Numbered from the stretch's first letter, positions 33,699 to 43,405 are shown. The stretch is 64,000 bases of DNA from an uncultured Planctomycetota bacterium (GCA_963752285.1 CAVVXN010000002.1:545729-609728); one strand, 5' to 3'. A program made the numbers and translations. Notes: generated by a model not told the origin, from the letters alone.

Positions 33699-33828
33699 GG
33701 CTGGGCCTCCTCGGTCGTGACCCGCTGGTCACGTTTGGGACAGGCCCCGGTGTAGGCCGGGGCAACCCCAGGACCCCGGGGAGGCCCCGCCACAGACCTC
33801 CCGCGGACCCGAGCGGGGGCCATGCTGT

Positions 33829-33905
33829 CTCGGTCGCGGGGCGAGAGGACCCTGACGTTCAACTCAGGTGTATGGAGTGGGGTCCACCCTGGGTGCGAAA
33901 TAGAG
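33829..33905 (+). repeat. Non-coding repeat type 2, copy B right part
   Basis: Matches 28124-28200. Confidence 0.88.
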
Positions 33906-33934
33906 ACGTGCACGCGAGGCGGCGCGGGGGGATC

Positions 33935-34516
33935 ATGATCTCCATGGCCGTTTGCCTTGGGACGTCGTTGAAGGAGATCACGGCGCACGAGGACCGGCCG
34001 GCACCGAGCCTGATTGCCTCGATACTCGCGCTGCTCCTCCTTCATGGGGGCTGCTCGGGGCCCGACTCGGACAGCCCGGTGACGCTGGAGGGAGGCTACG
34101 TCGTCTACGTGACGGCAGACGGGTGGATGGCGTCTACCTCTCCATCCGACGCGCGGCCCCCACCGCCGCGCTCCGAGTGGCGCATCGAGATCAGCTTCCT
34201 CCCCAACTCGCGGTTCAGGTATCGATGGTCCCCCGTGCCGCCGTATGTCGGTCAGGGAGGGGAGATTCAGGGCCGCACCTTGGTGCGTGGGTGGCAACAC
34301 CGTGGAGGCCCTCCCGGCTCTGGCCCTCCTGCGTTTTGGTGGGTGTGGCCCGATGGCGACCCTCGCCCCGTCGAAGGGGTGGAGCAGCGAGGGGGAGTAA
34401 TACGCTACCCGCATGTACTGCACGTCCGTGACAGCGAGTGGTTCGTGCCGATGCTGGACCCTGTGGCGAGGCGTTTGGAGAGCACGGTCTGGAAGATGTC
34501 GGGGCCGCCGCGTTGA
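33935..34516 (+). CDS. Hypothetical (lipo)protein flanked by about 45-bp direct repeats
   Basis: ILALLLLHGGC hydrophobic stretch; start uncertain. Confidence 0.5.
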   Translation: MISMAVCLGTSLKEITAHEDRPAPSLIASILALLLLHGGCSGPDSDSPVTLEGGYVVYVTADGWMASTSPSDARPPPPRSEWRIEISFLPNSRFRYRWSPVPPYVGQGGEIQGRTLVRGWQHRGGPPGSGPPAFWWVWPDGDPRPVEGVEQRGGVIRYPHVLHVRDSEWFVPMLDPVARRLESTVWKMSGPPR

Positions 34517-34533
34517 GCGCCGCCGGCCGCCCG

Positions 34534-34577
34534 ACTCAGCAGTATCGAATGGGGCCCACCCTGGGCGCGAATTGGAG
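34534..34577 (+). repeat. Terminal 44-bp motif of repeat type 2
   Basis: ACTCAG..TAT.GAATGGGGCCCACCCTGGGCGCGAATTGGAG versus 33862-33905 and 28157-28200. Confidence 0.8.
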
Positions 34578-34640
34578 TGAGCTCTGGGGGACGAGCGCGA
34601 CTCTGGGTCCGTCTTTGCGCCGGAGAGCGCCTGTCCCCTC

Positions 34641-34725
34641 CGGGCGCCTAGCGCAAAGCGTTGACGTTGTTGCCAAGCTCCCGGTATCGCGCCACGGATC
34701 GTTCGTAGTCCGCCTGATCCGCCTT
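34641..34725 (-). repeat. Duplicated 3' end of the small gene at 36442-36744
   Basis: KADQADYERSVARYRELGNNVNALR* versus KADRADYESSVARYRELGNSVNALR*. Confidence 0.85.
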
Positions 34726-35191
34726 CCTGCCGTGTCGTCGGGGCGGCGGCGGTCAGCGCGCGCGACCACGGCAGGCCTCCTGTCGCGCGGACGCTGCAAC
34801 CTGGTGGTCCGCGGGGAGCGCAACGGCGAGGTCCTTCTCCTCGATCAGAGCGTGGCATGGCACGGTCGGGTCGCCTCGCAGCAGGAGTACGAACGACGTG
34901 GCCGCCCGATCTCGGCCAATGAACTGGCGCACGACCGCCACGCGATCGGCATCCTGGAGACGCGCGGCGAGTCGATCCTCGCAGGTCTTGGTCAGGCGTT
35001 CGACGGGCTCGCCGCGGAAACGCAGCACCTTGCCACCGGCCTCCTCGGCGTCGTCAGGTACTGCACACCCCGCATCGCGCGGCGCGGTTCGCGGCGAGGC
35101 GGGCGGCACGGGCCTTGCTGCGGTCGATGGCGAGAGTTGGGCGACGTGTGCGACGGTGCCGCGGCGGCGTGACGTCGGCCGTGTGGCTCGC

Positions 35192-35262
35192 TCACGTAGA
35201 GCCGCATGAAATAGCCTCGCGGAGGCGGAGAGAGTGTTTCGAACATGAGTTGCGAATGGGGA
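35192..35262 (+). repeat. Non-coding repeat type 1, copy 2
   Basis: 65/71 identical to 27881-27951. Confidence 0.9.
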
Positions 35263-35509
35263 ATCGCTGCATGCACATGCGCGAGCCTGCCTGAGGGTGC
35301 AGGCACGAGGGCGCACGGAGCGAGGGCTGACGGCGACGGGAAGGGGGCGGGGGACGCGGGCGTCCTCCCCTCCCCGGGGGAAGCAGCCCGGGAGCGGCCG
35401 CCTGGCCCGGCCGAGGCCCCTGGATCGCGTCGGTCAGGCGCCTGCGCGGCGACGCACCTGGTAGGCCATGCTGGTGGACTGCGGTGAATGATGGTGTATC
35501 ATGGTGCAC

Positions 35510-35767
35510 ATGCCTACCGACGAGAAGACCATCCGGCAGAGCGTCACGGTTCCCGCCCGCGTCGCCAAGCGTGTGCGCGCCCTTGCGCGAAAGCGCCGGA
35601 TCAGCCAGAGCAAGGTCATCGTGGACCTGATCGAGTCTGGCCTGGAGGCCAAGGACCGCGAAAGGCGCCACTACCTGGAACTCCTGGAGCGCCTTCGCTG
35701 TACGGAGGACCCTGCCGAGCAAGATCGGCTGACCGCGGAGCTCGCCAAGCTGACCTTCGGTGAGTGA
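35510..35767 (+). CDS. CopG/ribbon-helix-helix protein, putative antitoxin
   Basis: RQSVTVP..VAKRVRALARKRRISQSKVIVDLIESGL. Confidence 0.75.
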   Translation: MPTDEKTIRQSVTVPARVAKRVRALARKRRISQSKVIVDLIESGLEAKDRERRHYLELLERLRCTEDPAEQDRLTAELAKLTFGE

Positions 35768-36009
35768 TGCCGGCGATCGAGTGGTCGGACTTGCCTGAGG
35801 CCCTGAGGAGGCACCTGTTCCTGCGCGCCGCGGAAAGGAAGATCTCGGGAGAGGATCTGCTGAAGCTCAAGGCGTGGCGTGAGTCGCTGCCGGAAGCGCC
35901 GGATGGGCCCTGGTACAAGGACTTTGGCTCCTTCAAGCTGTGCGGCGAGGGGCGGTTCCCCAAGACGTTCCTGCTGCGAGGGCAGGCTGCCCAGGGTGAG
36001 CGGCTCTGA
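35767..36009 (+). CDS. Small hypothetical protein, putative toxin
   Basis: 80 aa, TGATG coupling to the RHH gene, WYKDFGSFKLCGEG.FPKTFL motif. Confidence 0.65.
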   Translation: MPAIEWSDLPEALRRHLFLRAAERKISGEDLLKLKAWRESLPEAPDGPWYKDFGSFKLCGEGRFPKTFLLRGQAAQGERL

Positions 36010-36089
36010 CGAGCGGAAGCGTGATCTCGCCGACTGGCAACGATCGTGAGGGGCGAGAAGAGAGAGTGCTCGATCGTTGGATTCGAACG

Positions 36090-36415
36090 GGGACTCTCCC
36101 TGGCGTAGCGGTCGCTTCGAGGTGCCCACTTGGCGCAAATGATTCCACACGAACTCGTCGGGGTTCAGCTCCGGCGCGTATCCCGGGAGGAAGTGAAGCT
36201 CCAGCCGGCCCTGGTAGGACTGCACGAGCTCCGACACCATCTTGGCCCGGTGCGCCGGATGCCCATCGACGACGAGGAAGACGGGACGCCGCCGATATTT
36301 CATGAACCGGGTCAAGAACTCGACGAACGCCGTCGCATTCAGACGCCCTGTGTAGGTCTCCCACCAGAAGGCGCCGAGCTCGTTCACGGCCGAGATCGCA
36401 TTGACCGACTGGCGG
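36090..36415 (-). mobile_element. IS630-family transposase fragment
   Basis: SVNAISAV, FLVVDGHPAH, FLPGYAPELNPDEFVW. Confidence 0.88.
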
Positions 36416-36441
36416 CGCCCGCTCGTGGCGACCTCGGGCGC

Positions 36442-36744
36442 CTAGCGCAAAGCGTTGACACTGTTGCCAAGCTCCCGGTATCGCGCCACGGAGCTTTCGT
36501 AGTCCGCCCGATCCGCCTTGCGCTCGCTGGCCGTGTAGGGCCGGATGCCGCTCGCCTTCTGCGAGAGCCGCTCGCAGGTGGCTCGGAGTCGGCCCGCTGC
36601 ATCCTGCAAAGCTGCGCAGTATTGACGCAGGGTGTCCGTGTCTTCCGGGGTCAACCCCCCAACCCCGTCTCTCAACTCGCCCATGATCGCGGCAAGGCGG
36701 TGGCAGCACCCTGTGAGTGACGTCGTGGAGGTGTCGAAGTCCAC
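36442..36744 (-). CDS. Small helical hypothetical protein
   Basis: 100-aa ORF whose 3' end is conserved in a second copy. Confidence 0.5.
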   Translation of the reverse strand: MDFDTSTTSLTGCCHRLAAIMGELRDGVGGLTPEDTDTLRQYCAALQDAAGRLRATCERLSQKASGIRPYTASERKADRADYESSVARYRELGNSVNALR

Positions 36745-37009
36745 CCGCTCGAAGATCCACGGGATCGGGATCGCCTCGGCGTCAGCCTAGTTGTCGCTCA
36801 GGAGTAGGGAGTCGTGGGGCCCCTCGCCGACGCTCCGGACCTTGCGCGGTAGACCCCCGAGGCCCAGATCGGCGCGCATGGACTCGGACGACGCCGGTCA
36901 GGAGGGCGAGGAGGGAGAAGAGGGGCGCGGGGGCGTGCCCGCAGGCGGACTGGGCCACGCGAGGGGAGGATGGAATGGCCTATGCGTAGCAGGTACCGCG
37001 CGAGCGGCG

Positions 37010-37109
37010 ACGACCCGAGCCGCGGGTCGTGCTGCGCCTCGTCCTGGAGGAGGAAGGGGAGGGCGCGATCCTCGTAGTCCCGCGCGTCGGGGTGGCGCTC
37101 GACGTGCAC
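37010..37109 (-). pseudogene. N-terminal fragment of a GNAT-associated-like protein
   Basis: MHVERHPDARDYEDRALPFLLQDEAQH, then loses coding character. Confidence 0.3.
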
Positions 37110-37194
37110 GGCGGCGAACCTACGCGTCGCCGCGTTCGCGAGAAATCGGCGACGCGCGGCGCATCCGGGTCTCGCCGGCCGCCGGGCCCGGCCG

Positions 37195-37788
37195 TCAGGG
37201 CGCGTCGAAGACGAGCCGCGAGATGTTCGCGCCGTATCCCGAGCCGCCGGTGCCGTACACGCGGACGTAGGCGATGTCGGCTTGGGCGCGAGGGAGGGCG
37301 AGGGTCTGGTAGACGATGTGGCTCTGGAGCGTGACCGTCGCCGTGTCGAGGAGGACGCCGTTCGAGTCGTACGCCTCGAGGACGCCCGTCCCCGCCGTGG
37401 GCGTCTTCGATCCCCCGTCTCTCAGGTCCACGGAGACGAAGTCGGTCCGCGTGGCGAAGTCGGCCTCGAAGATCCGCACGAAGCCGGAGCCGTCGGTCCA
37501 CAGATCATCCAGTCCACCGGTCGAGAACGCCATGCTGAACTTCGTCGGCTCGAGCGGGGCGGTCGAGTTCGTGACGAAGTCGCCCGGAGGGGTGGCGGGG
37601 ACGTCGGCGATCAAGGTCACGCCCGAGAAGGTGCTCGTGAGGTCCGTGTTGTCCGGGAACGTGCCGGGATCCACGGTTCTCGGCGTGAGCGGGGGCGAGG
37701 CGGGACCGGACGAGCTCGATCCTCCTCCGCAGGCGGCGAGCGCGAGGCACCCCAGCGTCACGAGCATCGACATGGACGGTCTCGTCAC
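37195..37788 (-). CDS. Lipoprotein of unknown function
   Basis: LALAACGGGSSSS lipobox; GAGGAG upstream; beta-rich domain. Confidence 0.75.
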   Translation of the reverse strand: MTRPSMSMLVTLGCLALAACGGGSSSSGPASPPLTPRTVDPGTFPDNTDLTSTFSGVTLIADVPATPPGDFVTNSTAPLEPTKFSMAFSTGGLDDLWTDGSGFVRIFEADFATRTDFVSVDLRDGGSKTPTAGTGVLEAYDSNGVLLDTATVTLQSHIVYQTLALPRAQADIAYVRVYGTGGSGYGANISRLVFDAP

Positions 37789-38083
37789 GAGAACTCCTCG
37801 CCGCGAGCGCGATGGCGCGCTCGCTCACCGCTCTGCGGGTACGCCATCCCGCAGTGGGCCGAGGTGGCGTCGAGCGCTGGGGCTCCCCGCCGATCCGCGG
37901 CGGACCGTAGCCGGTCCGGCGAGGGCACGCAACCTCTCTCCCGGGTCGGGACGTGTCCACGGGGGCGGGGACGGGCGTCCCGCGACGGGTCGGGATCGGG
38001 ACGCAGGGAAGCGCGGGGCGGGCGTGCTCCACGCTCGCACATCGCGTCGGAACCCGGCGGTCGTCGCGGCCCGTCACCGCCTC

Positions 38084-38555
38084 TCAGAAGGGGAGTCCGG
38101 TCCCCCAGCCGCTCCCGCCCTTCCTTTGTCGGTCGTGGCGGAGCTTCGCGCTCCGCGCGACCGCGGCGTCGCGCTGCGCCTTCTCCGTCGGCTCCCGCTT
38201 CACCTCACCGGGAACGAACTCGAGCCCGCCGGCCGTGAGGAACGCGCAGAACCGCTCGAATCGTCCCGGCGGAAACCAGATGCCGTGCGGTCCGCAGATC
38301 CCGATCGGCGGGCCCGAGAGCGGCGCGACCAGGCGCCGGAGCATCGGCGCGGCGCAACGGACGCACGGCGGGTGTCGACTCGTCTCGGGCGCCTCGGCCT
38401 CGCACGCGGCGATCGCCTGCCGCACGGCGAGCAGCGTCGGGCGGGGGCCCGGCCGTCCGACGCGGAGGTCGACGGCCTCGAGGAGGGCGCCGTGGTCGAA
38501 CCAGACGCCCCGGCACCGCGGGCACTGTCCCAGGGCGCGGGCCGAGCCGACCTCC
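38084..38555 (-). pseudogene. zf-TFIIB-type zinc-ribbon protein, 5'-truncated
   Basis: CPRCRGVWFD.G, CVRC..PM, ICGPHGIWF; first CxxC and start missing. Confidence 0.6.
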
Positions 38556-38854
38556 GCCGCGTCGATCTGGAGTCGCGCCAGATCACGACGGTGCTCGAGC
38601 TCGAGGCGAAGGGGGACGTGTCGTTGGCCACCTCGGCCTCGGGCCGCGCGCTCGCCGTGGCCGACGTCGTGCACGAGGCATCGACCCGCCAACCGGTCGA
38701 CCTGCACGTGTACACGCTCCGGGGAACCGACCTGGTCGAGACCGCGTCGCTTCGCGCCGTTCTCGACGACACGCTGAACGACCTCGCGATCCTGGAGACG
38801 AAGGGCCTGGTCCTTCTCGCCGGCCAGAAGACGTTCGTCTGGCGCTACCGCTGA
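38556..38854 (+). pseudogene. 3' fragment of a beta-propeller-like protein
   Basis: High-GC3 frame ending LVLLAGQKTFVWRYR*, no start. Confidence 0.4.
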
Positions 38855-38898
38855 CACGAGGGGCCCGTCTCGCCGCCGACGCCGGCGCCGATCCCGGG

Positions 38899-38932
38899 AC
38901 TTCATGTCGCCTTCAGGTCCCGTCGCTATCGT
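38899..38932 (+). promoter_or_regulatory. OmpR-type direct-repeat operator plus -10
   Basis: CTTCATG-TCGC-CTTCAGG-N9-TATCGT. Confidence 0.7.
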
Positions 38933-38984
38933 TGCCTGCCGATGCCACGGACGGCGGCCGCCGTCGAGCGGCCGGGAGGACCCC

Positions 38985-40010
38985 ATGCGCCGAACCCTCG
39001 CCTCGCTGATCGTGTTGACGTGCCTGGCCGTCGTCGCGAGTGCGGCAGGCGAGACCTTCGCCGTGCTGCGGACGTTCCGTGTCGGCGGCGCAGGGGGATG
39101 GGACCTCCTCGCCGTGGACGGTCTCGCGAAGCGGCTCTACGTCCCGCGCGGCACGCACACCATGGTCCTGGACGAGGAGACGGGGGCCGTCCTCGCGGAC
39201 ATCCCGGGCCAGCAGCGGGCCCACGGGGTCGCCGTGGTCCCGGCGCTGCATCGGGGCTTCATCACCGACGGGGGCGATGGGACGGTCGTCGTGTTCGACC
39301 TCGAGACGTTCAAGGTGCTCGGCAAGGTCAAGGCGGACGCCGACGCCGACGACGTGAGGTACGACCCGGCGAGCGAGCGCGTGCTCGTCGCATGCGGAGA
39401 CCCCAGCGTGATGATCCCCCTCCGGCCCGACGTCGATCCGGCCTCCGGCGCCGCCGATCCGGCCATCGACCTCGGCGGGAAGCCCGAGGCGTTCGCGGTG
39501 GACGGGCGGGGGAAGGCCTACGTTGCGATGAACGACAAGGACTGCGTCGCCGTCGTGGACACCAAGGCCAGGAAGGTCGTGGCGCGTTGGCCGACCTCGC
39601 CGGCGGGGGCGCCCGTCGGCGTGGCGCTCGACGGCGCGCAGCGGCGGCTCTACGTCAGCTGCCGCAAGCCCGCGACGATGGTCGTCATGAGCGCGGACGA
39701 CGGGAAGGTCCTGGCGTCGCTCGCGATCGGCGAGGGAACGGACGGTGCGGCCTTCGACGACGGGACCGCCTTCGCGAGCTGCCGCGACGGGTCGCTCTCG
39801 CTCGTGCGCGAGGTCTCTCCGGGCACGTTCCAGCTCGTCCAGACGGTCAAGACGGCCGTGGGTTCCCGCACGCTGGGCCTCGACCCGACGACCCACCGGC
39901 TCTACGTGCCCGCGGCCGACTTCGCTCCTCCGGCCCCGGGGCAGCGGCGCCCCTCCGCGAAGGAGGGCACCTTCCGCGTGCTCGTCGTCGGAGTCGCCCC
40001 GACGCACTGA
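38985..40010 (+). CDS. Secreted YncE/YVTN-type beta-propeller
   Basis: Signal peptide; GGAGGWD, HGVA, P.GVALD..RRLY, GSRTLGLDP. Confidence 0.88.
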   Translation: MRRTLASLIVLTCLAVVASAAGETFAVLRTFRVGGAGGWDLLAVDGLAKRLYVPRGTHTMVLDEETGAVLADIPGQQRAHGVAVVPALHRGFITDGGDGTVVVFDLETFKVLGKVKADADADDVRYDPASERVLVACGDPSVMIPLRPDVDPASGAADPAIDLGGKPEAFAVDGRGKAYVAMNDKDCVAVVDTKARKVVARWPTSPAGAPVGVALDGAQRRLYVSCRKPATMVVMSADDGKVLASLAIGEGTDGAAFDDGTAFASCRDGSLSLVREVSPGTFQLVQTVKTAVGSRTLGLDPTTHRLYVPAADFAPPAPGQRRPSAKEGTFRVLVVGVAPTH

Positions 40011-40028
40011 GCCGGCTCGACGCGCGCG

Positions 40029-40062
40029 CTTCATGTGGGCTTCAGGGTCACCCGCGTACAAG
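40029..40062 (+). promoter_or_regulatory. OmpR-type direct-repeat operator plus -10
   Basis: CTTCATG-TGGG-CTTCAGG-N10-TACAAG. Confidence 0.65.
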
Positions 40063-40110
40063 GTGCGCGTCCGCCCGGTCGTCGGGCGCAAGGAATCCCA
40101 GGAGATCCCC

Positions 40111-41181
40111 ATGGTGAGGCAACCCATCGCCCGCGTCGGATTCGCGCTTCTCCTGCTTGCCGGAACGGTCGTCGCGCTCGTGCGCGGACCGATACGCGCA
40201 CGCGGCGACGAGGAGCCCGGCGCGGCGGGCGCGGCCCTCGCGAAGGCCGCCGCGACGGCCAAGGTCGGCCTCGCGGACGCTGTCCGCGCGGCGGAGCAGG
40301 AGCTCCACGGCCGCGCCGTGCGAGCCGCTCTCGAGATCGAGGACGGCGGGGTCCAGATGTCGGTCCTCCTCCGGGTCGGCGAGAAGGAAGGCCGATGGGT
40401 CGAGCGGACGGTCGACGCGAACACGGGCGCCGTCCTCGAGACGGATGCGGAGGAGGCGCCGGACGGCGACGAGAAGGGGGAACGGGACGAGAAGGACGAG
40501 AAGGACGAGAAGGACGAACCCGGCGAGAAGGCCCAGGCGGCCGGAGAGGAGAGGGAGAAGGCAAACGCCCCGGCGTCGCCGAAGCGGCCAGCCGAGCGCG
40601 CCTTCACCGACCGCTTCGACCTCGACCCCGCGGACCTCGGCCCGACGGGACGGAACCCCTACTGCGTACTCGAGCCAGGCTACGCCCTCGTGTTCCAGTC
40701 CCCGAAGGACGCGACGCACCAGCAGGTCGTCACGGTGCTCGACGAGACGAGGACGATCGAGGGAGTCACGACACGCGTGGTGGAGGAGCTCGAGACGAGG
40801 GGCGGGGAGGAGCTCGAGCGCTCGCGGAACTACCTCGCGATCTCCAAGCGGACGAACGACGTGTACTACTTCGGCGAGGAGACGGGCGGCGGCTGGCTGG
40901 CCGGGCAGGGCGGGGCTCGACCTGGCCTCTTCGTCCCCGCGACGCCGCTGCTCGGCGGACGCTACCGGATGGAGGTGGCGCCCAAGCAGGCGATGGACGG
41001 AGGCGAGATCGTCGCCGTGGACGAGCGGTTCACGTGCCCGGCCGGCACGTTCGAGCATTGCGTCCGCGTCACCGAGACGACGCCCCTCGAGCCGGGCGCC
41101 AAGGAGGACAAGGTCTACGCTCCCGGCGTCGGGCTCGTCTACGATGACGGGCTCGTCCTCGTCCGCTATGGGAAGCGCTGA
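40111..41181 (+). CDS. Secreted PepSY-domain protein with extra C-terminal domain
   Basis: KVGLADAV.AAE..GRAV.A.LE, VDANTGAVL; DEK repeats; KVYAPGVGLV. Confidence 0.75.
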   Translation: MVRQPIARVGFALLLLAGTVVALVRGPIRARGDEEPGAAGAALAKAAATAKVGLADAVRAAEQELHGRAVRAALEIEDGGVQMSVLLRVGEKEGRWVERTVDANTGAVLETDAEEAPDGDEKGERDEKDEKDEKDEPGEKAQAAGEEREKANAPASPKRPAERAFTDRFDLDPADLGPTGRNPYCVLEPGYALVFQSPKDATHQQVVTVLDETRTIEGVTTRVVEELETRGGEELERSRNYLAISKRTNDVYYFGEETGGGWLAGQGGARPGLFVPATPLLGGRYRMEVAPKQAMDGGEIVAVDERFTCPAGTFEHCVRVTETTPLEPGAKEDKVYAPGVGLVYDDGLVLVRYGKR

Positions 41182-41220
41182 GTCGGTCGGCTGGGGACGC
41201 GAATCCCTGGGCGTGATCTC

Positions 41221-41874
41221 ATGCGTGTGCTCCTGGTCGAAGACGAATCCGGACTCGCCCGGACGGTCCGGCGCACCCTCGAGGAGGAGGGGTACGCCTG
41301 CGACTGGTCGGCGACGGGGTCGGACGCGCTCCACCAGGCGACGCACGTCGCGTACGACGCGATCGTGCTCGACCTGATGTTGCCCGAGGTGGACGGGTGG
41401 GCGATCCTTCGAACGCTTCGAGAGAGCGGGTTCGCGACGCCCGTGCTGGTCCTGACCGCTCGGGACGCGCTCTCGGACCGCGTGCGCGGGCTGGACCTCG
41501 GTGCCGACGACTACCTGACGAAGCCGTTCGCCCTGGCGGAGCTCCTCGCCCGGCTCCGCGCCCTCGTCCGGCGTGCGGCCGCGAAGCCGTACCCCGTGCT
41601 CGAGATCGGCGACCTCCGCATCGACACGGTAGCGCGCACCGTCGCGCGCGGTGACGAAGACGTGCCGCTCGCTGCGAAGGAGTACGCGCTCCTCGAGCTC
41701 CTCGCGCTCCGCCGCGGCGAGCTCGTCTCGCGTTCCGAGATCTACGAACACCTCTACGACGACGGGGCCGAGTCGTTCTCGAACGTGCTGGACGTGTACG
41801 TCGCGAACCTCAGGCGGAAGCTCGGACGGGACCTCATCGAGACGCGCCGCGGCCAGGGGTATCGGATCCCATGA
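41221..41874 (+). CDS. OmpR-family response regulator
   Basis: LLVEDE, LDLMLP, GADDYLTKPF, IETRRGQGY. Confidence 0.95.
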   Translation: MRVLLVEDESGLARTVRRTLEEEGYACDWSATGSDALHQATHVAYDAIVLDLMLPEVDGWAILRTLRESGFATPVLVLTARDALSDRVRGLDLGADDYLTKPFALAELLARLRALVRRAAAKPYPVLEIGDLRIDTVARTVARGDEDVPLAAKEYALLELLALRRGELVSRSEIYEHLYDDGAESFSNVLDVYVANLRRKLGRDLIETRRGQGYRIP

Positions 41875-43249
41875 GTCGTGACCCGCGTTGGCGTCTCGGG
41901 TCGGGGTCTCTCCGAGGGACGCTGCTCGGGTCCTACGCCGTGATCCTCCTCGTGGTGATCGGCGGGTTCGGGGGCGCTCTGTACCAGCGGCAACGCCGCA
42001 CGACGCTCCGCGCCGTCGAGGACGAGGTTCGCACGCGAGCGACCGCCGGCGCCGCCGCGGTGGAGTCGGACGCCGAGGACGACTACCGGATCGACGCGTC
42101 GGGCGCCTTCGGCCCGGAGTACGACCGCCGAGACGGCCAGGCGCCCTACCTCGCGGTCTTCGACGCGAAGGGCGCGGTCGTTCGGCAGAGCCGAGGCGTC
42201 CCGCGGGGCCTTGCGCCCATACCGCTGGGACCGCGCGCTCCCGGCGGGCTCCGGGAGTTCGCCGCCGTGGGCCCCGCGGGCACGCGCGTCGTGGCGGGGC
42301 GCTCGACGAGCCACGAGGAGCACGAACTTCGAGAGCTCCTCTGGTCGATCGTCGGTTCCGGTGCGGCGGCGTTCGGCCTCGCCCTCCTCGGCGGGTGGTG
42401 GCTCGTCGGTCGCCTGCTCCGCCCGATCGAGCGCATCAGCGAGGCGGCGGCGCGCATCTCCGCTTCGAACCTCTCCGAACGCATCGACCTGGGGCGCACC
42501 GAGAGCGAGCTCGGGCGCCTCGCCGTGACCCTGAACGACGCCTTCGACCGCCTGCAGGCGGCCGTCGAGCAGCAGGCCCGCTTCACGGCCGACGCCTCTC
42601 ACGAGCTCAGAACCCCGCTCGCGGTGATCCAGTCGAGCGCGGAGTGGGCCCTTCGGCACACGCGCGACGGAGCGTCGTATCGCGAGGCGCTCACGACCTG
42701 TCACGACGCGGCGCGCCGCATGGGCGCGCTCGTCGAGGACCTCCTGACGCTCGCGCGCGCCGACGCCTCGGCGCTGGCGAGAGAGCGACGACCCGTGGAC
42801 CTCGCGGTGGTCGCCGCTGGCGTCGTGCAGGACCTCGCCCCGCTCGCCCGCGAGCGGGAGCTCGACGTGCGCCTCGACGCGAGGGCGGCGCCGACGCGGG
42901 GCGACGCGGCCGAGCTCGCCTCGCTCGCGGGCGCGCTCCTCGCAAACGCGCTCGTCCACGGTGCGGGGGGAAGGAGGTGGTCGTCACGACGGGTGTGCAG
43001 GGCGGCGAGGCGTTCCTCGCCGTCGAGGACCACGGCCCCGGCATCCCGGCCGACGAGCTGCCACGCGTCTTCGAGCGCTTCTACCGCGTGGACCGCGCGC
43101 GCTCGAGCCGGACGGGCGGGACGGGGCTCGGGCTCGCGATCGCCGACGAGATCGCGCGCGCGCACGGCGGACGGATCGAGGTGAAGAGCGAGGAGGGCAC
43201 GGGGACGACCTTCGTGCTCCGCCTGAGGGTGCTCGACACGCCGACGTGA
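41871..43249 (+). CDS. HAMP sensor histidine kinase, frameshifted at G run 42965-42970
   Basis: DASHELRTPL and ANALVH in one frame; DHGPGI, FERFYR, GTGLGL in another. Confidence 0.88.
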
Positions 43250-43250
43250 G

Positions 43251-43405
43251 GATGGCGAGATACGCCTTGCGCCTTCCGTCCCCGCGAGGCCCACGGGCTT
43301 GCCGCCGAGATCGACCTCCGGCTCGGCGATCCCGGAGACGGGGACGACGTTCGGCCGGAGCGGAACCATCCCCACGGGATCCTTGCAGGCGACGAGCACG
43401 CGTCG
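43251..43405 (-). pseudogene. Internal fragment of a paralogue of the YncE-like gene
   Basis: RVLVACKDP..PLRP.V.P.SG.A.P..DLGGKP matches 39378-39530. Confidence 0.8.

Larger units (their letters stand above)
32321..33828 (-). mobile_element. Complete IS110-family (IS1111-type) insertion sequence
   Basis: Ends defined by empty-site comparison; CT at 32319-20 and 33829-30; sub-terminal IR TGGCCCCCGCT 32325-32335 / AGCGGGGGCCA 33812-33822. Confidence 0.92.

Noticed and set aside
33710..33717. CTCGGTCG in the IS left end matching the right target flank
   Set aside because: Overlaps the transposase RBS and lacks a partner guide; probably chance
34660..34680. AAC-rich stretch as a DGR template repeat
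   Set aside because: No similarity to the FGE variable region; it encodes the duplicated gene end
27881..35262. Integron attC array
   Set aside because: Repeats lack RYYYAAC/GTTRRRY ends and attC symmetry; no integron integrase in the window
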